This document shows, piece by piece, positions 1 to 24,763 of a stretch of DNA of 64,000 bases (positions within the stretch are counted from its first letter, which is position 1; each line of letters opens with the position of its first letter). This DNA is from Azolla caroliniana (lineage: Eukaryota > Plantae > Polypodiophyta), in contig JBHGNT010000001.1 in assembly GCA_043228905.1 (NCBI GenBank), positions 1,922,001 through 1,986,000 on the forward strand, read 5' to 3'. The notes under the pieces were generated by a model. That model worked only from the letters and a program-made list of their open reading frames with translations, did no database searches and had not been told where the DNA came from. Position numbers and translations under genes: made by a program.

Positions 1-1299
1 ATATTTGACCTTCAAAGACAATAATAGAATCTATCTATCTCTTTAAGGTTATTATATTTTCTTCCACAATATTGAGCCAATTTATCTTCTTCTTTTCGAA
101 AATAATATATATTGATATTTTAATAACTCTCTTCTCTAAAGATTAGGCATCCTTCATTTCTACGTATAGCCAAGTTCCAAAAAATTTGATTTTCATAAAT
201 TACCTTTACATTACTCCATTTTCTATAATATGAGTTAAGCATATCTTTTACCTTTTACATATCTTTTCACACATTAAACAAATATTTTCACCTATTTCTT
301 TCTTACTCATGAATATTTGTTCGTAAGATGTGTACATGTTAGTAATTGATTTCATAAATATGGAGAACTTGTTTATGAAAGTATAGTTTGCATCTGAGCT
401 GGATACTTGATGGGTGAAGATGAATCATCAGTTAGTATATTACAAATCTCTACGCCATGATGAGGAAGAAAATATTAAAACTTGGGACGCAATTATGTGA
501 AAGTAGTGGACAATATTGCACCTTGTGTCACAACCAATAAGGAGTGCTCATCAACATGCATGTACAATGGTTGCATTTGTTAGGTGTAAGTAAATCATTA
601 AGGTTTAGATTTGTTCTATAAACTATTAATTAGATACACCAGCACCATGAATGTCCTTTCTTCTAGTTAGAAAGAGCGATGGAGAATATACTGCAAAGGT
701 CCATAACTCCTTGTGATTTTTGGTCCTTGATGGCACAAACAATTTGGGAAGACTTCACAATTTATCACAAACCAGAGAGAATGAGCAATATATTAACTTC
801 GTATATGAGAGAGAAACAACTGATGAGATCGTATGAGAGATTACATTTGAAAACATTGCCCCGTCTCATACAACTAAAAATATATGAAATGAAACAGGAA
901 CATATTCAAAAATAACATAATGGACCTATAGAACTAATAAATATACATCCTTTCCAATAAACTTTAATCTGTCATCAATATACATCTCAAGGAAGGCCAT
1001 AATCAAGTTAAAGAACTAAAAAAAGTCCACTCTTTCCACTAAACTCCAATGCATCATCAATATTGAAGCACAAGGTAAATCGATGTTCATTTACAAAATT
1101 ATGAAATTTTCGGTTTCTTAAGTTGGTGGGCATTCTGGTTAGACAAACCAGACCAAAGTTTTAACAAAATGTACGTTCAAAATGAAATGTATACATATAT
1201 GTACAGCCAAAATGAAGAATATGCACCTTAATGGTGTTCATTTCAAACACTGTTAATGACAAATATTAGTGATGATTACAAAATTTCTCCATTTACCTT

Positions 1300-13266
<11,967 letters not shown>

Positions 13267-16034
13267 GAGGACTGCAACCAACCAACCCTAAACCTCTTGC
13301 TGTCTCGCTGCTCTCCTCCCACAGCAACTTCAACAAGAAGATTTGTCTCTTCTGTTGTATGTTCAAAACACTTCTGCCTGCCTCTTCTTCTTCTTTTCAC
13401 TCTCTTTCTCTCTCTCTCTGGAAGCCTCTGTTTTGGCCCTCACACACAGCACTATACCTAAATTTAGATACATAGATAGACAGAAACATCAACATTTGAG
13501 TGTTACAAATTATTTGTTTGTTTTTGAAGCCTCTCTTTTGTGCTCTCGCAATAATGTAGCTACATTTGGAGAGATTTACAGCTATTTGTAACTCTCCCAC
13601 TATTGAGCAATAAAACTTCCAAGGTAATGGTTATATATGTGATCATTTGAATGATGTTACAAGCTCCGCCCGCCGTATTTGGTTTTGTTTTCTTTCCTCT
13701 CTATTTTATTATCATCAAGTTGTCCGGCATTTTCCATTGCTCTAGTCTCTTTGAATTGAATTTCAGCAATACCTAGACTCACTTTGCCAAATAAACTCCA
13801 GGTTTTGTGAGTATTCAAATTGTGGGTATTTTTTGTATACTCTTTGCGCTATGTTTTAATGTCAATTAGTTGTCTTCATAGTTCCCTTTCCTCAACTTAA
13901 TCATTGTCCTAGACATTTGCTAGATTTGGACATTCCAAGTTTATGTGCATGAAATAATCATTGGTCTTAATACCCTTGAAATCAAGTTGGATGGTTTTTA
14001 ATTCCTTGTTTGCTAGGGTGGATCACAAATCTCGCCTTGGGACATAGTCCTCCTACCTTCACCTTTACATCTTGTGTGTGCTCTCGCCATCCCATTCATA
14101 TGATAATAAGCTCTTGTTCCCCTCCTTCAGTAATTTTGTAAGTGGTCACCCCAACCTCTAATGCATATGCCCTACCGCAATACTCTCTCACTTACATAAG
14201 ATAGATCTAAATTTTAAGGCTAGATGTATGTTCATTTGCTTGAGGATGTGTTTTGTTTATGCGTACTTATGGACCTACGGTATAAACTTTTGATTTCATC
14301 CATTATCGTGCTATGATGTGTGTGTGCAAACTTCGAAAAGTGAATGCTAGACACCTCTAGATATTGTATGTACGCACTTTAATCCTCCAACCATGTGATT
14401 AGCTTGAACTCAATAAACTATGAATAGGTGAGGAGGTCATATGGAAAATTTCTATTTTATTAGAATGAATTTCATTATTTTGTCCATGGTCCTCCATGCT
14501 CACAAATCTCCATCATGTACATGTTTTATATCAACTATCATCGCTTATATCCGTCTACATGCATACAACATATATGTATCCATGTGCATGTTCACAATAC
14601 TAGATATATTAGTAGCATTTGAAAGAAAAAAAGAGGGCATATTTTAGAGAAATGTGTCACTCTAATCTCTATAAAACTCTCTTCAATCAATCCCTCGTAC
14701 TATTTTGAGAAGCCTAGAATGAAAAGTTATGGTAAAGCTATATTTTTAGGATGAAAACATGCTGTGATACTTTTTGATCAAAAGTGATTGGTAACTTTCA
14801 AATATAAATAAGGAAGCGTTCTTTTGTCTAAACTAGAGTTTACCAATCATGATGTTTTGCTTATACAACCAATATACCAGCATTCCTACACCATCCAAGA
14901 AATCATTGTCATCAAGATTCAAGCGTATTGATTCTTCTCCCCCTCCACTCTAATTCTTATACATGAATACATCCACAAGTTAGAAACAGTGCATTCACAA
15001 GTGTTTATTAATACATGAGTTTGGCGCATTGAAAAATAATGTCTCACCAAGTAAACTAAATACCCAGCTAGACTAGCTAATCGAAGAAATATTTCTAAAT
15101 TCTACATCAACTCCTTAGACTTATTCATGATTTTTGTCTCACTTGCTTGGTGGTTAGCTATTTTTCATTTTATTATATACATAGTAAAGTATTTTAATTA
15201 TTAATTTTATATGAGGAAACTTGTTAAAGTCTAGATTATATGTTTATGCCCATTTATGCTCACATATTTAAGAATGTCATAAAAACTTAGACAATTCTCT
15301 TTATATTACAATCTAATGGCTTGTAAAACAATTTATTTTTTGGAGTATTATTCTGAGACACTTGATTGAGCTCAAAGGGATGTAAGCATTTAGAGTTCAT
15401 GCAATTTTATGGTAGAGACTACAAAAAGTCTTTGATTGAGGGCATCAACATTAGAATATGAAGTATGAAAATAAATGAAAAGTATAAGCAAGTATAATTT
15501 CTTTAATCTCTTCAATTATTGCATGATGATGAGATAGACAAAAGTTATACGTTTCTCACAAAATCGTCATTGAGGTTGCATATGCTTTCTTCCAGACATT
15601 GTGAATGCTGTTTTTTAGTCTCTTACATACAGTTTCTTTGTAACTTTTGTGAATCCACGTGTCGATTAGCCTTGTTGAACACTTTTGGGCATCCTTGACC
15701 AAGTTAGGTTAGATTTTCTCCATATGATTAGAATATAAGTTGTGTAAGTCTCATATAAGTTTTTAGTTATGATAAAATTTCCCATACACTCCTTAAATCA
15801 CAAATACTTGTGCTAAACGTTAGAAAATCTTAGAAGGCTTTGATTTTTATCTTGAAAACGATAACATTCAGAAACTCAAGATAAAAACTTGTGTCCCTCA
15901 AACCAACGTATACATATGATCATTGATTTATCTTGGTTTGCAATGTTTTCAAGGGCTAGGCAGTTAGAGAAGTTTCTAGTTGAAGCTACAATTGATGGAT
16001 GAATCATAATATCCCAATGTCTATGTTATGTTGG

Positions 16035-17993
16035 TCAACCTTCATGCACTCCATGTGATCGTGTGGCAATCATTTTCCCACCCTCTGGAGATTTTGGATT
16101 GCTACTATCATCGTTTCCCAAACTTTGATTAAGTAAAGGGCTCCTGAGTTTATCATTCATGGATAATTGTGGTATTGACACCTTGCCCATGTTTGAGGCC
16201 AATCCATACATTGGCAACGTTGATGACTTGGATTGCACATTAGCAGTAGTGTTACACATGAAACTACCTACAACTACTTGAACTGGACTAGCAGCTATTA
16301 ACATCCCTGCAACACCTCCCCCCATAACTCTTCCATCAGGTCCAGCAAGAGAGACACTGAGCCCACCTGTTCGACTTCGAGCTCCGCTAGAATCCGTCAC
16401 CAAGAAGGATCCGGAAAGTGAAAGTATCTCGAATCGCCCCTGATAGATGCCACCCAAATACAAACAAAAAAACATTGTTAAGGAGATAATAAACCTTGAC
16501 ATGCTTGCCCTGAGAATTAACAATAGAAAATCTAATATGTTACAAAGGAGAGTAAAGGAACAAACCTAGAAAATATAAACACACTATCTAATGACACGAA
16601 CCTAGAAAAATAATAGATAAGGTATAGTTTTCATAGAAAAAGGTCTTTCTCGGATCTTACCTCATAAGTAACAGCACCCCCGGATATCAACAATTGTCGA
16701 AGGGTCACATTTGAGATGGCACCATTTGCCGAGAGGATACAAATTGCACGAGATCCTTGTTGGGAGAAGGACAAGATTCTAGCTGCAACATCCTATAATT
16801 TAAAGAATCAAGCTTATGAATATTTCTCGCTCCCTTGAACTCAATGTTTATATATTTAAATTACCAAAAGCCTTACAAACCAATGGGACGACCAAAAGAC
16901 CTAAACCTTCTATAATATTTTTTGCAAGCAATAACTCAATTGTATATATTACCTCTCCAGTATTAATTGTGATGGCGTGAGGAGTGAAACCACTCCCAAT
17001 TAATCCAGACATATATTCACTTGCCAACCCTGAGAATAAGGAAAGATCTTTTAGAACGCTTTATATACAAACCCAAACATTAACCTTAATGCAAACGCCA
17101 ACATAAACACAAGCATGAGCAATGACATCAACCTTCATGTTACACAAAAAAATAATTCCAAATGTTTTAGACATTTTAGCATGTTGGAAAGGCCCATTTT
17201 TGCTCAAGTTTCCTTATAATGCCCAACTTTATGAACATTCGTAGACGAGTTGAAGCATACCTACGGTAATCGCCTTAGGGTCAAGGGCAAAATCTACTAT
17301 TTAGTTAGGTCTGATCCCCATGTTGTACGAAGCTAGGCATGCTCCATCTTGCCCACATAAGGTCATAACATTAAGTGCTTAATCCTCCCCATGTATGTCA
17401 ATTAAATAAATAAATATATTGTGTAGATAACATTAAGTGCTTAATCTTCCCGATGGAAGAACATCCAAAACATGTCGTATAGATAAATATATAAATAAAT
17501 AAGTATATATATAGAATAGAACTAGTAAACACAAACTCTTTTTACCTAATGAGCCCATTTGTTGTTTCTTGCTAGACCCAAGAGGTCTTCCCCGGCCTCT
17601 CCTTTGGGATGATGGTAATGAGGTGGGGCTTAAAGCTTGAGGAATGAACCCCTTGATAGTGATTGCAACCGTGCCATCTTGCCCATACTTGCGTGGCCTT
17701 CCACGCTTCTTCTTCATGGTATCAGGAACTCCAGAAGAATGCACGCCCCTTAAATGTCTAGCCAAAGAATGCCCATCGGCCGGGTGTGAAACCACATGGT
17801 GGTGTGTCCCCATTTCTTGCATGTATGGAGGAGGAGGGGTGGACATAATGGGCGTGGCTGCGATAGTGCCTCCGGTCGATGAGTGTGTTTCTTCATCGTT
17901 GTTGTTTCGAGTGTGAAAGCCAGTGTTGAAGGACCCACTATTCACACCTTGTGTCCCTGGTTCTGGATGACCCATGGCCTCCTTGATTTCCAT
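16035..17993 (-). CDS. AT-hook motif nuclear-localized (AHL) protein, clade B, with two AT-hooks and a PPC/DUF296 domain; 4 coding exons
   Basis: Exons 17546-17993, 16953-17029, 16661-16792, 16035-16439. AT-hooks KKKRGRPRKY and RGRGRPLGSSKK. PPC motifs FTPH, AICILSANGAISNVTLRQ, YEGRFEILSLSGSF and GGLSVSLAGPDGRVMGGGVAG. Confidence 0.93.
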
Positions 17994-18129
17994 GCACAAC
18001 TACTTTCTTTCTTAAGGGAAATAAACCCTACCATGGAACCCTCCTCTTGCCATCCAACAATCTTGTTTGTGTCTTTTTGCTAAATGCCTCATTGTTCATC
18101 GTTGAAGAAGTTGTTGTGCAAGTTTCCTT

Positions 18130-18340
18130 TGCTTAGGGCTTAGGGTACAGGATGATAGGGGTTTTAGCATGTAGGGTTGGGGTTTGGGTTCTTAGGGTTA
18201 AGGTGTTTAAGAATTTAGGGTTAGGATTCTTAGGGTTACGAGCGTAGATTCTAGGGTTGGTAATTTTAGGGTTAATAGTTTTAGAGTCTTTTTCTAACAG
18301 CTTTTTTGTGTCTCTTGTTAGGATTTAAGACCTTAGGGTT
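18130..18340. promoter_or_regulatory. Cluster of degenerate telobox (TTAGGGTT / AAACCCTA-like) motifs in the AHL 5' leader
   Basis: Repeated ttagggtt and tagggtt units between 18130 and 18340. Confidence 0.5.
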
Positions 18341-18525
18341 CTGATTCTTTCTGAGGGGGTAGGATTTTGCAGACTCCTCCTCTTCTGCTTGTGTTAGGAT
18401 TCTTTTGTCTCTCTCTTTTTTTTTTTTTTTTCTATGCCTTTTTACAGTTTGATTCAGCTCGTGAAAACATGACTGCAAACCTGGTTGGTTCACCACTTTT
18501 CTGCTCAATTCCTCCGTTGAAGGTC

Positions 18526-18980
18526 CTGAATGAATATACATGACAAAAATGCGCAACAAATTTTAAAAAAAGAATTTAATGCTCAAATTACTATAACATT
18601 ATTCAGATAATTGGCCAAAAATCAAGATTTCTCAACAGATGAAGGAGAAATAAAGCTAAAATTCCTGCAGCAATCAGACAATTGGGGCAGGTTAATCTCT
18701 CTGCATTTAAGGCATAAATGGGTTTACAAGTGAGAAAATAGGATGAATTTTATTAATCGGAGTAGATAACAATGTCAAGAATTTGGTTCTATAAAAATCC
18801 TCCCAAATTAGCACACATAATTAGACGAAACATAAAATAATAGTAATTGAAATCAAGGTTAAAATTGAGGGAAGTGGATAATGAAAAAAAATCAATCAAT
18901 GAATAAACTGCTTCTCTCTTGTAGAAGGCGGCATGCGATATAAATCGGAATTATGGACTTCTTTTCGGCCCTAGAGTTAC
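18526..18980 (-). other. Probable 5'UTR intron of the AHL gene
   Basis: Minus-strand donor CAG|GTAACT at 18980 and acceptor TTCATTCAG|G at 18526. The interior is T-rich on the minus strand. No transcript evidence. Confidence 0.45.
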
Positions 18981-20499
18981 CTGATATTTTTCTTCAGCAG
19001 ATAATCAGGGGGAATGATATACAGAAAATTTGGGCTGCAAAAATAAAACAGACTCCAAACACACAGAGCTCTGCTCCTCTGTTTTCAGATAAAACCAAAA
19101 AAACACCCAAAAGAAAAAGGGAAATCTATTTCTACCACAAGTTTTATAAACGGAGAAAAATCAAAGGAAAAATGTGGGAATTCAGCCCAAATTCATACAT
19201 ACATATGTATGTACATATGGACAGATTGTTTGATTGAAATATTTATTTCTCTTAAAAGAATATATATATATATTTGTTTGTTTTCTGTGGTAATTATTTT
19301 ACTTTTCCGCCCTTGGGAGGAACAGAGTGTTTTTTGTCTCTAGATTTGGAGGGGTGCCGCTGAATGTAGAGGGCTTTCTTTAGTTAATTAACTTAAAAAC
19401 AAAAAAAAGTTTTTAAGTTAATTGACTAAAAACAAAAAGACTCAGGAAAAAAAATAACAAAGAAGAAGAAATCGAAATCCTTGGATTAATTTAGAGGCAT
19501 TTTGGTAAAAACCTATTAATTACTATTTTCTGTTATTATTATTTCCAAAAACAATTATTTTTTATTTTTATTATTCCTTCCTCCCCAAATAAATAATATA
19601 AATAAAAACTAAATAATGACCCTTTACTCTTTCCCTTCTTTATTATTTATTATTCATTTATTTATTGAACACACGCCCTTTATGCAGCCTTCATGAAAGT
19701 AAAATAAGATATATATATATATATATATTAAAAGTAATTAAATAATAATAATAATAGTAATAAAAATGCCTCTTTTATTCGTTTTTGGCGTGGAATCAAT
19801 TTCTTACTTGGATTTATTTAAACAATTAATTAGCCATCGCTGTCCTGAAATGACAAGCGCTTCCTCAATTCCTTTTTTTCTTTTTCTTTTTCTTTTTTCT
19901 CGATGAAAATTTACTAACCATTATTTTGTCAAATTTGTTTTTTCCCCCTCTACTATTGAACAGAACATCAAAAAGGGGGAATTTTTGAACCCCAATTAAT
20001 AAAAGACAAACATAAATACATCTAAAAATATGTATACACATTGTCTGCATGGACATGTATGTATTTGTGTTTATGAATGGATGGACATGTATGTATGTAT
20101 GTATGACAAAATAATGCAATTATATCACAATTGCCATGAAGATCCACAATTCATAAACAATTTTTATAATCTAAGTTTGTGTTACAATGATCGACGAGTT
20201 GGTCGACGTTTCCTACTCCGTTGTTACACATGAGGTAGTATATTTATTAGGTGCAAACTATGCTCGCACATTACATGGACGATCTTGGCCATTTTGATAG
20301 TAACAATACATGTTGAACTCAACATATAAGAATTCCCTTTATACGCATTAAAGAAGCATGATGGTTGTAGTCATACTGTGCTATACATAACAGGTTCAAT
20401 TCTATATTGATGGTGGGTTTGAGATTATGTTAATTCCTCATAAGGCATAGTTTACTTCTTAATCAATAAATACTTTGCTATTTTAATACTACAATAATA

Positions 20500-21720
20500 G
20501 ATTAATAAAAGAAGTTGGTTTTACTTTAATAATAACTTCGATGTCTTAATAAGCTTGATTAGATTGATCCATGAAAGGCCAATTCCACAACATTCATTTA
20601 GATTAGATTGCTCCTTATTCAATTTCTTAATAGCTTGATCAAGTTGCACACAATTTTTTATCAAGGGGTAGTGTCTACATTTGTTAGACTACCAAATGCT
20701 ATAGATGATATAATTAGGACACCGTCACGGGTTATTTTTATATTACCTTCTTTTCCCCCCGTAACACTGAGTAAAAACGATCACATAGCCCTTTCAAACA
20801 AAAAACTGACAAAATAAATACACTTCAATCAATGATGTTTTTCTTTCCTCCAAATATGGTGTTACTTTCTTTTGTTAATTGATTTGTTTCTTTTGTAAGA
20901 TAAAATGTTGTTGTATGGAATAGCATACTCCATTGCCTCTTGTCCAAAATTCCAATTCTCTCGTCTCTTCATTCGACAATTGTATTGCTTGTTTATAGGC
21001 ATCCCATGATGTATGAGTATGTAACTCTACTAGTGATATAAGACTAATGATATAAGCAAGCATGATCCATGCATGTAATAAATTGTTCAGGTGCACTTGA
21101 ACATGTAGAAAATGGACAGACTATCTACCCAATGTTAGGCAATCGTCAAACACCTACACAAGCGCCGAGTACACGATGACCTTATAGATGATAAAACCTT
21201 ACTCGTCTGCGAAGTAAGCTCCAATATAAGCTATGTATTTGTTGGAATCTTCCTTTTAATGATATTCTTAAAATACTATACCACCCACAACTTCCACATT
21301 AAATTCCCTTGGCTCCATGATTTTGCAAATACAAAGGCTCATCATGTGGTGAAAATAGATTCATCTATAACGATCTAATTGAATGGTTGGTGGTGTGAAT
21401 AGATTTGAACAATAGTGGGGGCAACCCGGCTCTCATTTCATTAATGTTGCCAATGGTACAACTTTGTACAATGTGAAATGCTTATATATTGGTAAAGGGT
21501 AAGAAAAAACTTGTAGTGCGGTACCACGGTAACAAAAATTATATGCGAGTTCATTCATACTGATTAGGATGATGCACCTTACATGATACCCAACATATAA
21601 CAAGGACTTCCATTACCCATATCAGGTCTTATTATTGTATGATGATCAATCTGTTTATTCTATCCTAAATCTTATAATAATATATGTCGAAGCATTGTGT
21701 AAGATTGTGCTAAATTACAA
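20500..21720 (+). mobile_element. Possible decayed PIF1-helicase (Helitron-like) remnant
   Basis: Plus-strand fragments resemble NVANGT (about 21445) and QGL.L...IYV.AL (about 21600-21700), with many stops. Confidence 0.25.
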
Positions 21721-21993
21721 ATTCCTAATATTGTAACCATGTTGAAAATTGTTGAGTAAAGATTAATGATTTGTTATCCATGAAATGTTGCTATGAAGAA
21801 AGTCATGGCTTAATATACAACATACAAGCATTGACTTCCATGAGTTTTAGATGATAATATCCTCCCTTAACACATTGCATAGAGAATGGAAAGGGGATAG
21901 GTGAATGCGATTAATATTAGGATAGAGTTTGTTACATGGAGACTTAATTGAAACCCTAGGAGTGAAATTCAATGATAGTAAATACTTAGGATC

Positions 21994-22421
21994 TGTAAAG
22001 AATCGGATATGATTCTGTGCAACAGAAGAGATGTGTGTGAGAAGTGGAGAGGAGAGGAGAGAAGAGAGACACAAGATAGATAAGAGAAAATGAAGTACTC
22101 AAGAAGAAGGTGTATATTAACAAGGAGAATATTTAATACAAAAATGTGGCATTACAAGGAGCAACAATCGACTCTTTATGAAGTAGGAGGGTGCTTTATA
22201 TAAGGTCACCCTCTCTCTTCATTAAACATCCATTCTCTCTCTAGAGCTATAGAAGCTCATGGTCATGGGAATGTGGAACTGATTAGTTATGTGTCATAAA
22301 ATATGATTCTATGACACATAGTTAATGTGTAGAGAGTAGTGGTGACTTTTGACCTTTGAGTGCTCATAGATTCTCAAAGGTGTATTCACACACTAGACTA
22401 GGTTGAGCTTAATTCTCAACA
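21994..22421 (-). repeat. 3' LTR of the copia element (428 bp)
   Basis: TG...CA termini; aligns end to end with 26429-26904. Confidence 0.93.
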
Positions 22422-24039
22422 CGCCCCCTCAAGCTCAACTTGGATCGGCTTCTTTCGGTTGATGTTCGCTTTGGACGGTATCCAGTTCTCTCTTGTACTC
22501 TCCCTCAAGTTTGGCAAGTCAGGGATCGTCAATCTAAGGTCTGACATGAATTACCGATGCTTGTTGGCTCCAAGGGCTTTGGTGAAGATGTTGGTTGTTT
22601 GAAGATTCGTGTTGATGTGTTGAAGGTGGACATCTCCAGCATGAACGCACTCTCAGATGAACTGATAGTGCACTTCGATATGCTTTGTGCGTGCATGGAA
22701 CACCGGGTTTTAAGCCAGATAAATACTTCTCATGTTGTCACAGTAAAGGGGAGTCAGATCCTTGATGGGAACGCCCAGATCCTTAAGTATTCTCTTAAGC
22801 CAAACGACTTCACATGCAGCCACAACCGCGCCCTTGTATTCAGCCTTTGTGATCGAAAGAGCGACGATTGGCTGCTTCTTGCTACTCTAGGGTATTGCTC
22901 CGTTGCCGAGGGAGAAAACAAATATGGAAGTCGATCGTCGATCGGCTATGTAGCCGGCCCAGTCGGCGTTTGTATACCCCTTGAGTCGAATTGGTGTGGC
23001 TGATTTGTACAGAATGCCACAATCCATTGTACTGCTCACATATCGTAACACTCGCTTAACGCAATCCAAGTGAATATCACGTGGCTTTGCATGAATTGGT
23101 TAAGGAGACAGACCGAGTAGCTGAGGTTGCGTTGAGTGATTTTGAGATAGATGAGGCTCCCGATCAGTTGTCGATATTGAGTCGGCTCACACTCTTCCAT
23201 GCCGGAGTCGGCAACTAGCGTTAGGTTCCGATCGAGAGGGGTTACCACATACTTACACTCAGTCATCCCAAACTTGTATAACAAGTTGAAGAGGTCATGT
23301 CATTGTGATATCATAATGCCGATTGGAGTCTGAATTACCTCGATACCTGGGAAGTAATAAAGCTCTTTCATGTCTGTCATCTCAAATTTGCCGGAGAGGA
23401 GGGACTTGACCTTGTTGATGTTGACTAGACTTTTACCTCGAATGACAAGATCATCCACGTATAGGATGATGACAATCATACTGCCAGAATCGCTTCTAAC
23501 ATAGAGAGAGTTGTCAGATTTAGACATTCTAAAGCCGATTTGATGAAGATACCGTGTTATCTTTGAGTGCCAAGCACGTGGTGCTTGCTTAAGGCCGTAG
23601 AGTGGCTTCTTTAATCGGCAAACGACTTTCAGATGAATGCCGGATTCGACGATGGGTGGTTGTACCATGTACACCTCCTCTTCTAATTCGCTTTGAAGAA
23701 AGGCGTTCTTGACTTCCATTTGATGGAGGTGACACCCTTTCGCCGTTGCAAGTGCAATCACGATTCACACAATCATCATCTTTGCCACCAGGAAAAGGTC
23801 TCTTCATAGTCGACTCCATGTGTTTGTGCGTATCCTTTCGCTACGAGTTGGGCTTTATAGCGGTTGACAGAGTCGTTGGCATTATACTTCAGTTTGTAAA
23901 TTCACATGTAGTCGATCGCCTTTTTGTGTGGTGAGTGGGGAACGAGATCCCATGTCTCGTTCTTGCATAGTGCCCACATCTCCTCGTTCATTGCTTTGAC
24001 CCATCGTGGATCCTTGGCTGCTTTGGAAAAAATTTCCGA

Positions 24040-24763
24040 TGTCGTGAGGATTTTCGGCCATGGTGAGAAAACCCAAGCGGGAGGAATAAAACAAGATGTG
24101 CAACATTGCACGTGAACTTAGGAAAATTGTAACATAGGAATAACAGACAAATGTAAGGAGGAAAAGTAAGATGTAAAGGTATAAAGGTGATGTGCACTTT
24201 GTAGATTAGAGTGAGGCACATGAAGTATGGGTGTAGGGAGTAGTGGGCATTGAGTATGTCGGTGAGAGGAGAGGGAGTTAAGACCCATCAATCTCACCTC
24301 CTAAGATCGAGGTCAAATACTCTCCTTTGAAAGAAATGGGATTTGACCACTCCTCTTTGTAATGTGCCTCACCCCTTACTACTATAAAAGTGAGTGGGGG
24401 GTCACTTTTGAGGGGCTTCCATTTTTGGGTTTCTTTGGGTTGCCATTAGGGTTTCGAAATTTTGGGTTTTAGGATCTCGTTTTAGGGGTTTCATTCGTCT
24501 TCTTCTTCTTCTTCTTCTTCTTTTTACCTATCTGGTTAGGGTTACATCTAGAGGGTTTACATTTGGCCTACCCGGCCACGATTGTAATTGGTGTGGTGCT
24601 TTCCATAATGTATCTTGTCTTGTTTAGATCTTATTCTCTTGAATCTTAATCTTTCTCTTCCTTCTCGATTGAACTCCCGAGCTTCTCTCCCTCCTCTTAC
24701 TCCCTAGTCCAAGATCCCAGTGGTCCCGTCCTATCCGACATGCACGCGCGGATTTCCACGACA
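24040..24763. mobile_element. Nested solo LTR (724 bp) inserted in the copia pol region
   Basis: Termini TGTCGTG...CACGACA. Flanks CCGA and CCGG give a 4-bp TSD with one mismatch. Removing it restores the copia frame VQEP-EIFSKAAKDPRWVKAM. TATAAAAG near 24383. Confidence 0.85.

Noticed and set aside
18281-18559. Basic 92-aa ORF upstream of AHL as a conserved-peptide uORF
   Set aside because: It has a non-ATG start inside the predicted UTR intron, and the lysine run derives from a poly-A tract.
22557-23003. 148-aa plus-strand ORF
   Set aside because: It is the antisense shadow of the copia RNase H region.
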